A stretch of 64,000 bases of DNA, taken from the IMG/VR virus record IMGVR_UViG_3300045972_000140, positions 1 through 64,000 of that record; one strand, 5' to 3'. Positions 10,586 to 18,710 of this stretch are shown in pieces. Each line of letters begins with the position of its first letter. Position 1 is the stretch's first letter. The notes beneath the pieces were generated by a model. That model was not told where the DNA came from. It worked only from the letters and a program-made list of their open reading frames with translations, and made no database searches. The position numbers and the translations under genes are program-made. The DNA is from a virus.

Positions 10586-10601
10586 ATTGACCTCTTTAAT
10601 T

Positions 10602-10679
10602 TGGTAGGGCTGGAGGGACTCGAACCCTCTCCTGGCAGATTAAAAGTCTGCTGTGCTAACCATTGAACACTACAACCCC
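10602..10679 (-). tRNA. tRNA-Lys(TTT)
   Basis: GCAGA-CT TTT AA-TCTGC, CCA. Confidence 0.9.
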
Positions 10680-10687
10680 AAATTTTC

Positions 10688-10777
10688 TGGAGGAAGATGT
10701 GGGATTCGAACCCACGGACCGTTTTAATGATCGTCACTTTAGCAAAGTGATGCAATAAGCCTCTCTACCAATCTTCC
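10688..10777 (-). tRNA. tRNA-Ser(GCT)
   Basis: TCACT-TT GCT AA-AGTGA, long variable arm, CCA. Confidence 0.9.
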
Positions 10778-10785
10778 ATAAACTT

Positions 10786-10814
10786 ATTATACTACAAAGT
10801 TAAGTACTTTGCAA
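10786..10814 (-). promoter_or_regulatory. Internal sigma70-type promoter
   Basis: TTGCAA-17nt-TATAAT with an overlapping CAAAGT-N5-ACTTTG palindrome. Confidence 0.55.
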
Positions 10815-10821
10815 ACTATTC

Positions 10822-10895
10822 TGGCAGCCCGTGTAGGAATCGAACCTACGCATACTGAGTCAGAGTCAGTCATTCTTCCATTAAACTAACAGGCA
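10822..10895 (-). tRNA. tRNA-Gln(CTG)
   Basis: ACTGA-CT CTG AC-TCAGT, CCA. Confidence 0.88.
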
Positions 10896-10899
10896 ATTC

Positions 10900-10971
10900 T
10901 GGACCCCCGTAAAGGACTCGAACCTTTGCAAGCTGGTTTAGAAGACCGGCCGCCGTTCCATCGGACGGGAG
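10900..10971 (-). tRNA. tRNA-Arg(TCT), reduced D-arm
   Basis: CT TCT AA loop; good acceptor and T arms; short atypical D region. Confidence 0.7.
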
Positions 10972-10979
10972 TTATGTAC

Positions 10980-11054
10980 TGGTGGTAGTGATAGGAATCG
11001 AACCTACTTTGTGCAGCGTATGAAGCTGTTGCATTACCTTAATGCTACACTACC
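10980..11054 (-). tRNA. tRNA with CAT anticodon (Met or Ile2)
   Basis: TT CAT AC loop, CCA. Confidence 0.85.
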
Positions 11055-11058
11055 AAAT

Positions 11059-11118
11059 CAGACTACTTTTTGTTTTTTTAAAACCATATTAAAAATTTTA
11101 ATTTGCTGTAAGTAATCT
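11059..11118 (-). ncRNA. CNGCAA stem-loop RNA copy 2
   Basis: AGATTAC-TTA-CAGCAA...GTAGTCT-G. Confidence 0.55.
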
Positions 11119-11124
11119 TTAAAT

Positions 11125-11787
11125 CTATTGCGGACCTAGCGGTGCTAGATCCGTATCGTATTCTTTGCCGTTTATTTTTACAGGCGGTGGACGCATTCCT
11201 TTTGCTAATGCTGCCCTAAATGCGGTTGCTTCGTCATCACTTAACGGTTCGTATTTTTCGCTAACTACATCATCGTAAATCATCGGCATTGTATCAGCAA
11301 AACTGTTTGTCAACTCTTCAATTGTTTTCTTAGACCTAGCTGGCGGTAATTTCTTACGGGATGCTTCTTCAAAAATGTCAACTGTTTCGTTTGCTTTCCA
11401 ATATACAGAATCTATAACAACTCCATAATTTAACGCTGCATGTTCTTTTAACTTTTTCTCTACATCAGCTAACTTGCGCGTTGCTGTATACTTACTCAAC
11501 ACAAAATGCTTGGTTGTTTCTACAGCTACAATAAAGAAATGAGATCTTTCGTCTATAGGCATTGCTCTATATCTATACATACCGCCTAATATTTCTAATG
11601 ACGAAAATACCTCAACAACAGACATACGCACCATTTCTAAGCGCCATTCTCTGCGCTCCTCTAATGTCATTTTTGCTTCATCTATAATTGTTTGGCCGGC
11701 ATCGGTTTGTGTTCCGGCCGGTAAATAATATTCTAATATAGATTTCGGCTTTGACCTTGGTGTTTTTTTAAAAAAAGAAAATAGCAT
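11125..11787 (-). CDS. Hypothetical protein
   Basis: 220 aa ORF with GATAAATA upstream (11795-11802). Confidence 0.75.
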   Translation of the reverse strand: MLFSFFKKTPRSKPKSILEYYLPAGTQTDAGQTIIDEAKMTLEERREWRLEMVRMSVVEVFSSLEILGGMYRYRAMPIDERSHFFIVAVETTKHFVLSKYTATRKLADVEKKLKEHAALNYGVVIDSVYWKANETVDIFEEASRKKLPPARSKKTIEELTNSFADTMPMIYDDVVSEKYEPLSDDEATAFRAALAKGMRPPPVKINGKEYDTDLAPLGPQ

Positions 11788-11836
11788 AGTGTATTATTTA
11801 TCGTAATTTACGCTGCCTAAAATGCTAATACTTAAC

Positions 11837-11910
11837 TGGTGGATCGTAAAGGAATCGAACCTTTGTATCTGTCGAGTCAGAACAGAACTCTACCATTGAG
11901 CTAACGAACC
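11837..11910 (-). tRNA. tRNA-Val(GAC)
   Basis: CTGTT-CT GAC TC-GACAG; pyrimidine at position 37 is unusual. Confidence 0.8.
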
Positions 11911-11914
11911 AAAT

Positions 11915-11974
11915 TGGAGCGGCGTATGGAGTTTTACCCCGGGCGTATTTGTCGGCTTTTATAGTCCCCACCGC
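11915..11974 (-). ncRNA. CCA-ended mini RNA (Gly-like acceptor)
   Basis: GCGGTG...CGCCGC-T-CCA; no D or anticodon arm. Confidence 0.4.
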
Positions 11975-12011
11975 GTTGGACCACCGTACCCCTGTACTTC
12001 TTGCAAGAAAC

Positions 12012-12099
12012 TGGAGGAAAATAACAGAATCGAACTGTCACCGCTATTAACAGTGGAACATCTTTCCAAGATGCTTAGTGACCATCACTTCTACTTTCC
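12012..12099 (-). tRNA. tRNA-Ser(GGA), 8/4 fold
   Basis: 8-bp acceptor GGAAAGTA/TATTTTCC, 4-bp T-stem ACAG/CTGT, long variable arm. Confidence 0.85.
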
Positions 12100-12109
12100 A
12101 TAATTAAAA

Positions 12110-12165
12110 CAGAATCCTTATTTTTCAATTAAAAGTTGAATTTTTATATTTGCTGAACGGATTCT
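12110..12165 (-). ncRNA. CNGCAA stem-loop RNA copy 3
   Basis: AGAATCC-GTT-CAGCAA...GGATTCT-G; inner TTCAA-CT TTT AA-TTGAA. Confidence 0.6.
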
Positions 12166-12171
12166 TAAAAC

Positions 12172-12245
12172 TGGTGCGGGCTAGGAGAATCGAACTCCTG
12201 ACTAAACGTTGGCAACGTATAATTTTACCATTAAACTAAGCACGC
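12172..12245 (-). tRNA. tRNA-Gly(GCC)
   Basis: TT GCC AA loop, CCA. Confidence 0.88.
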
Positions 12246-12250
12246 ATATT

Positions 12251-12338
12251 TGGCGGGGCGCAATGGAATCGAACCATCACCGCTATTAACAATGGAACGG
12301 TATTCAAAGCCGCTTAACTCCCAGAGTTTCTGCACCCC
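12251..12338 (-). tRNA. tRNA-Ser(TGA), 8/4 fold
   Basis: GGGGTGCA/TGCGCCCC acceptor, ATGG/CCAT T-stem, G73. Confidence 0.85.
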
Positions 12339-12343
12339 ATATT

Positions 12344-12431
12344 TGGCGGATCATAATAGAATCGAACTATCACCGCTATTAACGATGGAACGGTATTCGA
12401 AGCCGCTTAGTGCCCAGCACATCTATGATCC
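12344..12431 (-). tRNA. tRNA-Ser(CGA), 8/4 fold
   Basis: GGATCATA/TATGATCC acceptor, ATAG/CTAT T-stem, G73. Confidence 0.85.
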
Positions 12432-12530
12432 AAATGAGAGATGTTATTTAACGTCACCTACCCTCCCTGACTATTTTGAACTCCTGCTTGCCATTGTGGT
12501 GCAGGTAACCGTGGCGTCTTCAAAACTTAA

Positions 12531-12600
12531 TTAACAGTATTGTACTTCATCCTGATCAGGGCCTATATACAATGGTGCTCCCGTCTTTCGACACTATTAA
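12531..12600 (-). ncRNA. Stem-loop RNA with ATAGTGTCGAAAG motif (Y RNA-like candidate)
   Basis: TTAATAGTGT/ATACTGTTAA terminal stem; motif shared with 21354-21406 and 23099-23158. Confidence 0.45.
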
Positions 12601-12603
12601 ACT

Positions 12604-12679
12604 TGGTACATCGTGACGGGCTCGAACCGCCGACATTCTGAATGTAAATCAGACACTCTACCAACTGAGTTAACGATGT
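12604..12679 (-). tRNA. tRNA-Val(TAC)
   Basis: TCTGA-TT TAC AT-TCAGA, CCA. Confidence 0.9.
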
Positions 12680-12687
12680 ATATTCTT

Positions 12688-12969
12688 TTAAAATATCGAT
12701 GCCCCAAATCCAGTTTCGTCATCTTCAACAAATTCTGGATAAAGTTCATCGTGCAGCATCTGCAATCTCATTAAGGCCATTAAGACTTCGTATGGAAATC
12801 CTTGCCTATCATTTCTTCCATCTGCGATAAGTTTTCCCATATATTTTGGAAATGCCTTATCGCCCCACATTAACTCAATACCTTTTCCTATTCTAGGAAA
12901 TGCTGCGTGTATAAGTAATAGCGAACTATTTAGCGTATTTGAGTGCTCATCGGTCATTATCTTTTTCAT
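12688..12969 (-). CDS. Hypothetical protein
   Basis: Overlaps the rpoZ stop; FPRI...LMWG...DGRNDRQGFP motif; start uncertain. Confidence 0.7.
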   Translation of the reverse strand: MKKIMTDEHSNTLNSSLLLIHAAFPRIGKGIELMWGDKAFPKYMGKLIADGRNDRQGFPYEVLMALMRLQMLHDELYPEFVEDDETGFGASIF

Positions 12970-13177
12970 TTTTAATGCCAACTTTCTTTAGGTAATCACG
13001 ACCTACTAAACCTTCTTCGATTTCACGAAGTGCCGTAACTGTTGGACCATTCTTAGATGGTGGCAACAAAGATTTATATCCACGCTTCAATTCGCGAACA
13101 CGAGCGGCAGCAATCAGTACCATATCAAATCTGTTTCCGATCATTTCTACTGCTTTTTGCGATGTAATTCTTGCCAT
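12947..13177 (-). CDS. rpoZ: RNA polymerase omega subunit homologue
   Basis: MARIT...IGNRFDMVLIAAARVREL...PTVTALREIEEGLV matches the proteobacterial omega signature; AAGG RBS. Confidence 0.9.
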   Translation of the reverse strand: MARITSQKAVEMIGNRFDMVLIAAARVRELKRGYKSLLPPSKNGPTVTALREIEEGLVGRDYLKKVGIKNEKDNDR

Positions 13178-13194
13178 ATAAACCTTAATAAAAT

Positions 13195-13267
13195 TGGTGG
13201 ACCGCGACGGGCACGACCCGACTGTTAGACGGCTCTGATATTTCTATCTTAAAGCATGAAGCAGCCC
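13195..13267 (-). ncRNA. CCA-ended tRNA-like RNA with G3.U70/A73
   Basis: GGGCTGC/GCGGTCC-A-CCA, T-like hairpin, no anticodon arm. Confidence 0.5.
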
Positions 13268-13299
13268 GAATAGTATTTATTATATTGTCTATTGCGTTG

Positions 13300-13551
13300 C
13301 TAGTCAAATAATCCTTCAAACACAGCTTCTGTGGTTACATCGCTACCTTTTAAATCGGTAAATGCTTTTTTAACTGCAAAAGCGGCGGTTTTATAGTCTG
13401 CACCACGTGTATGTAATACATCGATAGTAGACATAACAGCAGCACGATCGGCTGTACCTATTGCAAACATCTGTGTAAGATATTTTTTAGCGGTATGTAC
13501 TAAATCAAATGCTGCCGATACATCTTCTTTTAAAAATTCACTTGCTTTCAT
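13300..13551 (-). CDS. Hypothetical protein
   Basis: 83 aa, MKASEFLKE start, GATAAATA upstream (13570-13577). Confidence 0.7.
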   Translation of the reverse strand: MKASEFLKEDVSAAFDLVHTAKKYLTQMFAIGTADRAAVMSTIDVLHTRGADYKTAAFAVKKAFTDLKGSDVTTEAVFEGLFD

Positions 13552-13894
13552 ATGTCTAACCTAAACATATATTTATCAGATCGAGTTGCACAGGTACTAT
13601 GTACTCGCAACTAGGAAGTTATACCGAATTTACTGCTCGGGAATATTAACCAATCTAAATTTGGTGGACACAATACTTATATAGTCTAGTGATGTGTAAA
13701 GGCCCGTAAAATGGTTTATTGTATGTAGGTTTTGCCGGGTTATTAGCCTACACATCACGACGCCATACTAAGTAGGATATTTCTACCTTGTTGCAACCTG
13801 CACTTAGCGCACCGCTCGATACCACAGCTTAGTTTACATACATAGAAACAGTTGCGTTATATATGTACAACACTAAGTCGTCCGGACAATAATT

Positions 13895-13971
13895 TGGTAC
13901 CCCTGGAGAGATTCGAACTCTCACTGAACAGATTCTAAATCTGCTGACTCTACCAATTGGCCTACAGGGGC
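13895..13971 (-). tRNA. tRNA-Leu(TAG), short variable arm
   Basis: TT TAG AA loop, 77 nt. Confidence 0.85.
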
Positions 13972-13977
13972 ATAACA

Positions 13978-14054
13978 TGGTACCCGGATAGAGAATCGAA
14001 CTCTACTATTTCCACTTGTAAGGAGGATGGCTTCACCAGCTGCACTCTCCGGGC
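13978..14054 (-). tRNA. tRNA-Val(TAC), atypical D-arm
   Basis: CT TAC AA loop; good acceptor and T arms. Confidence 0.7.
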
Positions 14055-14161
14055 ATAAAATAAAATATAGAACAAGAGCTTATTAAAACAAGGTGGCACG
14101 CACCGTGGACCATATCATCCCTTTCTTTGTGGCAGTCTAATAATGATTGTTCTATAAAGGG

Positions 14162-14239
14162 TGGAATAGCAGGTGAGATTTGAACTCACGGTTTTACGGA
14201 TTTGCAATCCGATGCGTTGGGCCTCTCCGCCACTGCTAC
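14162..14239 (-). tRNA. tRNA-Cys(GCA)
   Basis: TT GCA AA loop, U73, CCA. Confidence 0.9.
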
Positions 14240-14245
14240 ATAAAA

Positions 14246-15703
14246 TTAAAAGATACTTACACCTGTTAGCTCACTAAATCTGTAAGCGTCTTCCCAGGTA
14301 TTTACTAATGGCTCACCTCGCACATTTAAACTTGTATTCATTAGAATCGGGCAACCACTTGCATTGTGCCAGGCCTCCAGTAAGAGTCTAAATTGAGAAT
14401 TTGTAGTAGATGTTACTGTTTGTACTCTGCTACTGTTGTCAATATGACATATACCGGGAAGTTCATTAGGATATAAACATTGTGAAACATATTGCATGTA
14501 AGGAGAAGTAGACACCGGTATATCGAAATAACTGTGTGCGTATTCTTCAAGGATTGCTGGCGCAAATGGCCTAAATTGTTCTCTGTGCTTAACTGTATTC
14601 ATTAAGGCCTTTGCATTCGGGCCGCGTGGGTCGCACAATAGACTCCTGTTACCGAATGCCCTTGGTCCAAATTCTGCTCGCCCATTTGCAACTGCAACAA
14701 TCTCCCCGTTTTTTAATTTTTTAACGATCGAATCTATATCTAAAGTACGCTCAATGTTTGTACCTAAAAACGGAGTATCCCATGTTAAGTAAGAATTTGT
14801 ATATGCTGCTACTGCGCCAATTGCACTACCGGAATCACCGGGATTCGGCATTATCCAAATATTTTTAAATATATTTTCTCTTGCGATGATGCTGTTTGCA
14901 ACACAGTTGAGAGCAATTCCTCCCATTAATACTAAATTATCGCTGTTACAAATAGTTTTCATCCATTTGATGGTGTGTAATAAATAATCCTCAACAATTG
15001 ATTGTACGCTTGCTGCAATATCGTACTTACTAAAGTTTGCATTTGACGGCACCCACCAGTTGCAACCCTTATGCATATTAAACTTTAATTCAAAGTCGGG
15101 TGCTGATATATGCTGAAAGAATGTGTCTAATATTTCATTTTTATATATCGGTTGTCCGTATGCAGCCATCCCCATTAGGATGTATTCTTCTTCGTTTGGT
15201 TTCAAACCTAAATATGCTGTCATTGCAGAATAAAACAATCCAATACTATTTGGATATTTCTTTGTCCATATTTTTGATAGCACTGTATCTTTTGCAGACC
15301 AAATACTAACAGTGTCCCATTCCCCGATTGCATCAACTACTAATATTGCAGCATCACGAAATCCACTTGTAAAATATCCGCCTGCGGCATGACTACAGTG
15401 ATGACCTGTAAAGTGTACAGGCAAGTGATTCAATTTGAATTTCTTTAACTCGTTTCTATGTGTAGCAAACGTAATGGGCTGTCTTGCATATAGTTGTCGC
15501 GTGTTCTTTAATAGTGGTTGTTCAAACCAAACAACTTCAGTCGGAGATCCATACTGTTGCATATCGTTAATAATGTGTTGATTCAATACACTATCATTCT
15601 TAATACGGCTGTACCGCTCACTATGCGCGGCCCAAACTATTTTATCTCCATCAATTAATGCAAGACTTGCATCATGGTTGTTCGATGTAATACCTAATAT
15701 CAT
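14246..15703 (-). CDS. Carbamoyltransferase (NodU/CmcH family)
   Basis: HDASLAL, HHxSHAA, DAIGE, GGIALNCVAN, EFGPRAFGNRS, FRPFAP, NTSLN. Confidence 0.92.
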   Translation of the reverse strand: MILGITSNNHDASLALIDGDKIVWAAHSERYSRIKNDSVLNQHIINDMQQYGSPTEVVWFEQPLLKNTRQLYARQPITFATHRNELKKFKLNHLPVHFTGHHCSHAAGGYFTSGFRDAAILVVDAIGEWDTVSIWSAKDTVLSKIWTKKYPNSIGLFYSAMTAYLGLKPNEEEYILMGMAAYGQPIYKNEILDTFFQHISAPDFELKFNMHKGCNWWVPSNANFSKYDIAASVQSIVEDYLLHTIKWMKTICNSDNLVLMGGIALNCVANSIIARENIFKNIWIMPNPGDSGSAIGAVAAYTNSYLTWDTPFLGTNIERTLDIDSIVKKLKNGEIVAVANGRAEFGPRAFGNRSLLCDPRGPNAKALMNTVKHREQFRPFAPAILEEYAHSYFDIPVSTSPYMQYVSQCLYPNELPGICHIDNSSRVQTVTSTTNSQFRLLLEAWHNASGCPILMNTSLNVRGEPLVNTWEDAYRFSELTGVSIF

Positions 15704-15708
15704 ACTGA

Positions 15709-15813
15709 TTAATAAATAAACGGGTCATTCTTCGACATTTTTTTAATTCTTAATTTTAATTTTACTTTCCTGTAATAGTTGTAAATCTTTTTAATCATCT
15801 TCTTAATCATCAT
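15709..15813 (-). CDS. Small basic peptide upstream of the carbamoyltransferase
   Basis: MMIKKMIKKIYNYYRKVKLKLRIKKMSKNDPFIY*, GGAG RBS; below the ORF-track cutoff. Confidence 0.6.
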   Translation of the reverse strand: MMIKKMIKKIYNYYRKVKLKLRIKKMSKNDPFIY

Positions 15814-15853
15814 ATCTCTCCATTAACTGACAGTATTTATAATAAATAACTGT

Positions 15854-16666
15854 ATGAAATATAATATAGATATCGAAGACTTTGGGAGAAAAACCTGGAA
15901 ATCAGGTACGTGGAACTCAACCGACACACAAGAAAATTATAAAGAGATATCATCAACTGGACTTAAAAATATATATAGGCCAGAGGATTTTGATTACAAA
16001 TATAATTCAAATCATTTTAGATGCGACGAGTTTACATTAAATTCGGAATTTCCTATATTATTTGCCGGATGTAGCATAACCGAGGGAGTTGGTGTTCCTA
16101 TAGAACATACATGGTCGCATATATTATTAGAAAAAATAAGACAGGCTACTGGTAAAAATATACCATATTGGAATATAGGAACAGCCGGAACCGGCATAGA
16201 TACTATTGCTAGGTTAACCTATTTATTTGCCGAAAAGTTAAATGCAAAATATCTATTCATTGTTATGCCGATGATATTTAGAAGAGAATATAGTGCAGAA
16301 GATAAATCTAATATTGCGTGGAATATAATAAATAAATGCAATGATGGGTCTCAGTATCCGTATGCAAATAGTGTAAATGAATTATTCTATGACCAAACAT
16401 TTGCCGAATGTCAAACATCAAGGAGTTGCATGATAATAGATTCTACACTAAAATCTATAAACTGTGAGGCGTATACCACATCTTGGTTACGCGACGATAC
16501 TCACGAACGAGAAGTTTTAAAAATGTTTCCTTATCTTAACTATCACAGAAATACAACACGGATAGTTTGTACCGATGTCGGTAGAGATAATATGCACCCT
16601 GGACCAATATGGCACAGACTGAAAGCAGAAGAAATATGGAATAATGTAAAACACAAATTTACATAA
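15854..16666 (+). CDS. SGNH/GDSL-hydrolase-like protein
   Basis: AGCSITEG block I and DNMHPG (DxxH). Confidence 0.55.
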   Translation: MKYNIDIEDFGRKTWKSGTWNSTDTQENYKEISSTGLKNIYRPEDFDYKYNSNHFRCDEFTLNSEFPILFAGCSITEGVGVPIEHTWSHILLEKIRQATGKNIPYWNIGTAGTGIDTIARLTYLFAEKLNAKYLFIVMPMIFRREYSAEDKSNIAWNIINKCNDGSQYPYANSVNELFYDQTFAECQTSRSCMIIDSTLKSINCEAYTTSWLRDDTHEREVLKMFPYLNYHRNTTRIVCTDVGRDNMHPGPIWHRLKAEEIWNNVKHKFT

Positions 16667-16674
16667 AAATTCTT

Positions 16675-16749
16675 TGGGGTGACCGATGGGAGTTGAACCC
16701 ATACTACTAGAGTCACAGTCTAGGTTGCTACCGCTACAACACGGCCACA
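16675..16749 (-). tRNA. tRNA-His(GTG)
   Basis: CT GTG AC loop, C73; the genomic -1 base is T rather than G. Confidence 0.88.
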
Positions 16750-16774
16750 CTAAAGAATTCTCTTTGAAATAAAA

Positions 16775-16876
16775 CAGGATGCCTTGCCTAAGACAGGGAC
16801 TCGAACCCTATGGCAAACCCCCGGCGGGCCAGTCTCGCGAGTTTTGGAGCGAAATTAAAATTGCTGTAATCATCCT
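16775..16876 (-). ncRNA. CNGCAA stem-loop RNA copy 4, with internal T-arm
   Basis: AGGATG-ATTA-CAGCAA...AGGG-TTCGAGT-CCCT...CATCCT-G. Confidence 0.6.
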
Positions 16877-17538
16877 TGAAACTTGAAATTTTCTAGATGT
16901 TTAACTATGTTAACATCAAACCACTCTGGGTGGGAATTTAAATAATCTAATACCTGCTGTATTGTCCAGGGTGTACGATACGGTCTTTTTGCCGTTAATG
17001 CTTCTGTAACATCGGCAATGGTTAATATGCGTATATCTGTTGGAATTTGATCAGCTGTTAATCTATTTGGATAGCCAGTACCATCTAATCGTTCGTGGTG
17101 CATTAATGCATACTTCTTTAAATTCCACGGCGTCTGTATATAAGATATTATGCTGGCGCCTATAGTGGTATGTGTTTCTATTATTGTTCGTTCATCTGCT
17201 GTTATAGGGCTAGGACGTGTTATAATTTCTCTATCAATTCCTATTTTGCCTATATCGTGCATTAGAGATCCTAACGACAACCCTACTAGTTCGAACTCAG
17301 AAAAAGATAGTGCAATACCTAGGTACTCAGCAATCTGTGCTGACGAATTTAAATGTAATTCTGTACCTGCATCAAATGTAGCAACAATTGCCAATAGTGT
17401 TTCATAATACTCGACTACTGTTCTTGTACGATTCGAATTTGTTGCATAATAATCTGCACCTAATATTTCTTCCATACCTGCCACATATTCTTTAGAAAAT
17501 CGGCAACTGGTTAAAATATCTTTTATTTTTTGACGCAT
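16870..17538 (-). CDS. HD-GYP domain protein (cyclic di-nucleotide phosphodiesterase-like)
   Basis: MHDIGKIGI, HHERLDGTGYP, IADV..AL...RPYR. Confidence 0.88.
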   Translation of the reverse strand: MRQKIKDILTSCRFSKEYVAGMEEILGADYYATNSNRTRTVVEYYETLLAIVATFDAGTELHLNSSAQIAEYLGIALSFSEFELVGLSLGSLMHDIGKIGIDREIITRPSPITADERTIIETHTTIGASIISYIQTPWNLKKYALMHHERLDGTGYPNRLTADQIPTDIRILTIADVTEALTAKRPYRTPWTIQQVLDYLNSHPEWFDVNIVKHLENFKFQG

Positions 17539-17581
17539 ATGTTATTTACCGTACATTGTACAATAGTTTAATACACTGTTA

Positions 17582-17658
17582 TGGTACCCCTGGTCAGATT
17601 CGAACTGACACTTCACTCCTTTTGAGAGAGCCGACTCTACCAATTGGCCTACAGGGGC
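17582..17658 (-). tRNA. tRNA-Leu(CAA), short variable arm
   Basis: CT CAA AA loop, 77 nt. Confidence 0.85.
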
Positions 17659-17663
17659 ATGTT

Positions 17664-17737
17664 TGGATGCGGGTGAAGGATTCGCACCTCCGTTGATCCG
17701 AGCTTATGAGACTGGATTGTTGGCTTCACTACCCGCT
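17664..17737 (-). tRNA. tRNA-Met(CAT), initiator-like, degenerate D-arm
   Basis: CT CAT AA loop, 1:72 mismatch, GCGGGT/ACCCGC acceptor. Confidence 0.6.
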
Positions 17738-17932
17738 ATATTCTACTCTTTTAAGTGTGAATGTTGTTAATTCACACTCGATATATTTTTCGTTAACTGG
17801 CGAACCTATTCCGTTTAAATGAACAAGTAATTCGTGTCCTATAACAGTAACGTGCGAAACTGTATAATAATGATTATTATACTTGACTTCTTTTCCATAT
17901 GCAAAAAGTTTCATTCGATACGTGTCTTTCAT
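17729..17932 (-). CDS. Hypothetical protein
   Basis: Small ORF filling the gap between two tRNAs; start set at MKDTY. Confidence 0.55.
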   Translation of the reverse strand: MKDTYRMKLFAYGKEVKYNNHYYTVSHVTVIGHELLVHLNGIGSPVNEKYIECELTTFTLKRVEYSG

Positions 17933-17939
17933 AATACCC

Positions 17940-18015
17940 TGGTGCAACCTGTAGGAATCGAACCTACTTCAATGGTTCTTCAGACCACCGCTATGACCAC
18001 ATCAGCTAAAGTTGC
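17940..18015 (-). tRNA. tRNA-Phe(GAA)
   Basis: CT GAA GA loop, CCA. Confidence 0.9.
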
Positions 18016-18021
18016 TTAAAC

Positions 18022-18095
18022 TGGCGTACCTCCAAGGACTCGAACCTTGACTGACGGTTTTGGAGACCGCGATGCTGCCATTACACTAGAGATAC
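18022..18095 (-). tRNA. tRNA-Trp(CCA)
   Basis: CT CCA AA loop, G73. Confidence 0.9.
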
Positions 18096-18114
18096 ATTAA
18101 CATTATTTATCATT

Positions 18115-18188
18115 TGGCAGACGTGTCAGGTTTCGAACCTAAACTAACAGAGTCAAAGTCTGTGGTGCTACCGTTACACTACACGCCC
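18115..18188 (-). tRNA. tRNA-Gln(TTG)
   Basis: ACAGA-CT TTG AC-TCTGT. Confidence 0.88.
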
Positions 18189-18193
18189 ATAAT

Positions 18194-18268
18194 TGGTAGG
18201 GGTACTTGGAATCGAACCAAGATTAGCGAGTTCAAAGCCCGCTGTGATAACCATTACACTATACCCCA
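18194..18268 (-). tRNA. tRNA-Gln(TTG), second copy
   Basis: CT TTG AA loop. Confidence 0.85.
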
Positions 18269-18275
18269 ATAGAAC

Positions 18276-18530
18276 TGGCTCCGTCAGCAAGACTCGAACT
18301 TGCGATAAGGGCTTAAAATCGCGTATGCTGGGTGCCCCCGTGTTTCCCAAAGTTACCATTACATCCCCTCAGCGCCTTATCTCACTTTTCATTCATTTCA
18401 ACCTGTTCCGCACTTCCCGGACTCACAGTGTTTGGTTTTTAAGCCTACGCGATTGTTATCTACTTTGAACTACTAACTGCCTTATCTCACCTACTCAATG
18501 CTACTCTACCTTCCTCTACACTATAACGAA
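18276..18530 (-). ncRNA. 255-nt tRNA-like RNA with a large internal domain
   Basis: TTCGTTA/TGACGGA-G-CCA acceptor, perfect T-arm GCAAG-TTCGAGT-CTTGC, ~200-nt interior. Confidence 0.55.
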
Positions 18531-18536
18531 ATAAAA

Positions 18537-18628
18537 TAATTGAATGTACTAACCATTATACTAACTACCAGCGACGCCATTACACGGTGTATGGTCATTG
18601 CCACGATTCGAACGTAATCTTTCAATTA
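18537..18628 (-). ncRNA. Circularly permuted tRNA mimic (YrlA-like topology)
   Basis: TAATTGAA stem, T-arm, closed middle, D-arm (TAGTATAATGGTTAGTAC), TTCAATTA. Confidence 0.6.
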
Positions 18629-18632
18629 AAAT

Positions 18633-18710
18633 TGGCTCCGCACACTGGAATCGAACCAGTTTAAACAGTGATTAACAGTCACGGCCTTGTCCTTACTTGG
18701 CTTCTGCGGA
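18633..18710 (-). tRNA. tRNA-Asn(GTT)
   Basis: CT GTT AA loop, G73. Confidence 0.88.

Noticed and set aside
12251-12338. Possible tRNA-Sec
   Set aside because: The anticodon on the coding strand is TGA (Ser), not TCA. The fold is 8/4 like its two Ser paralogues.
18276-18530. Group I intron in a tRNA
   Set aside because: I could not identify a P7 core or reconstruct a spliced anticodon loop. It is kept as an unexplained ncRNA.
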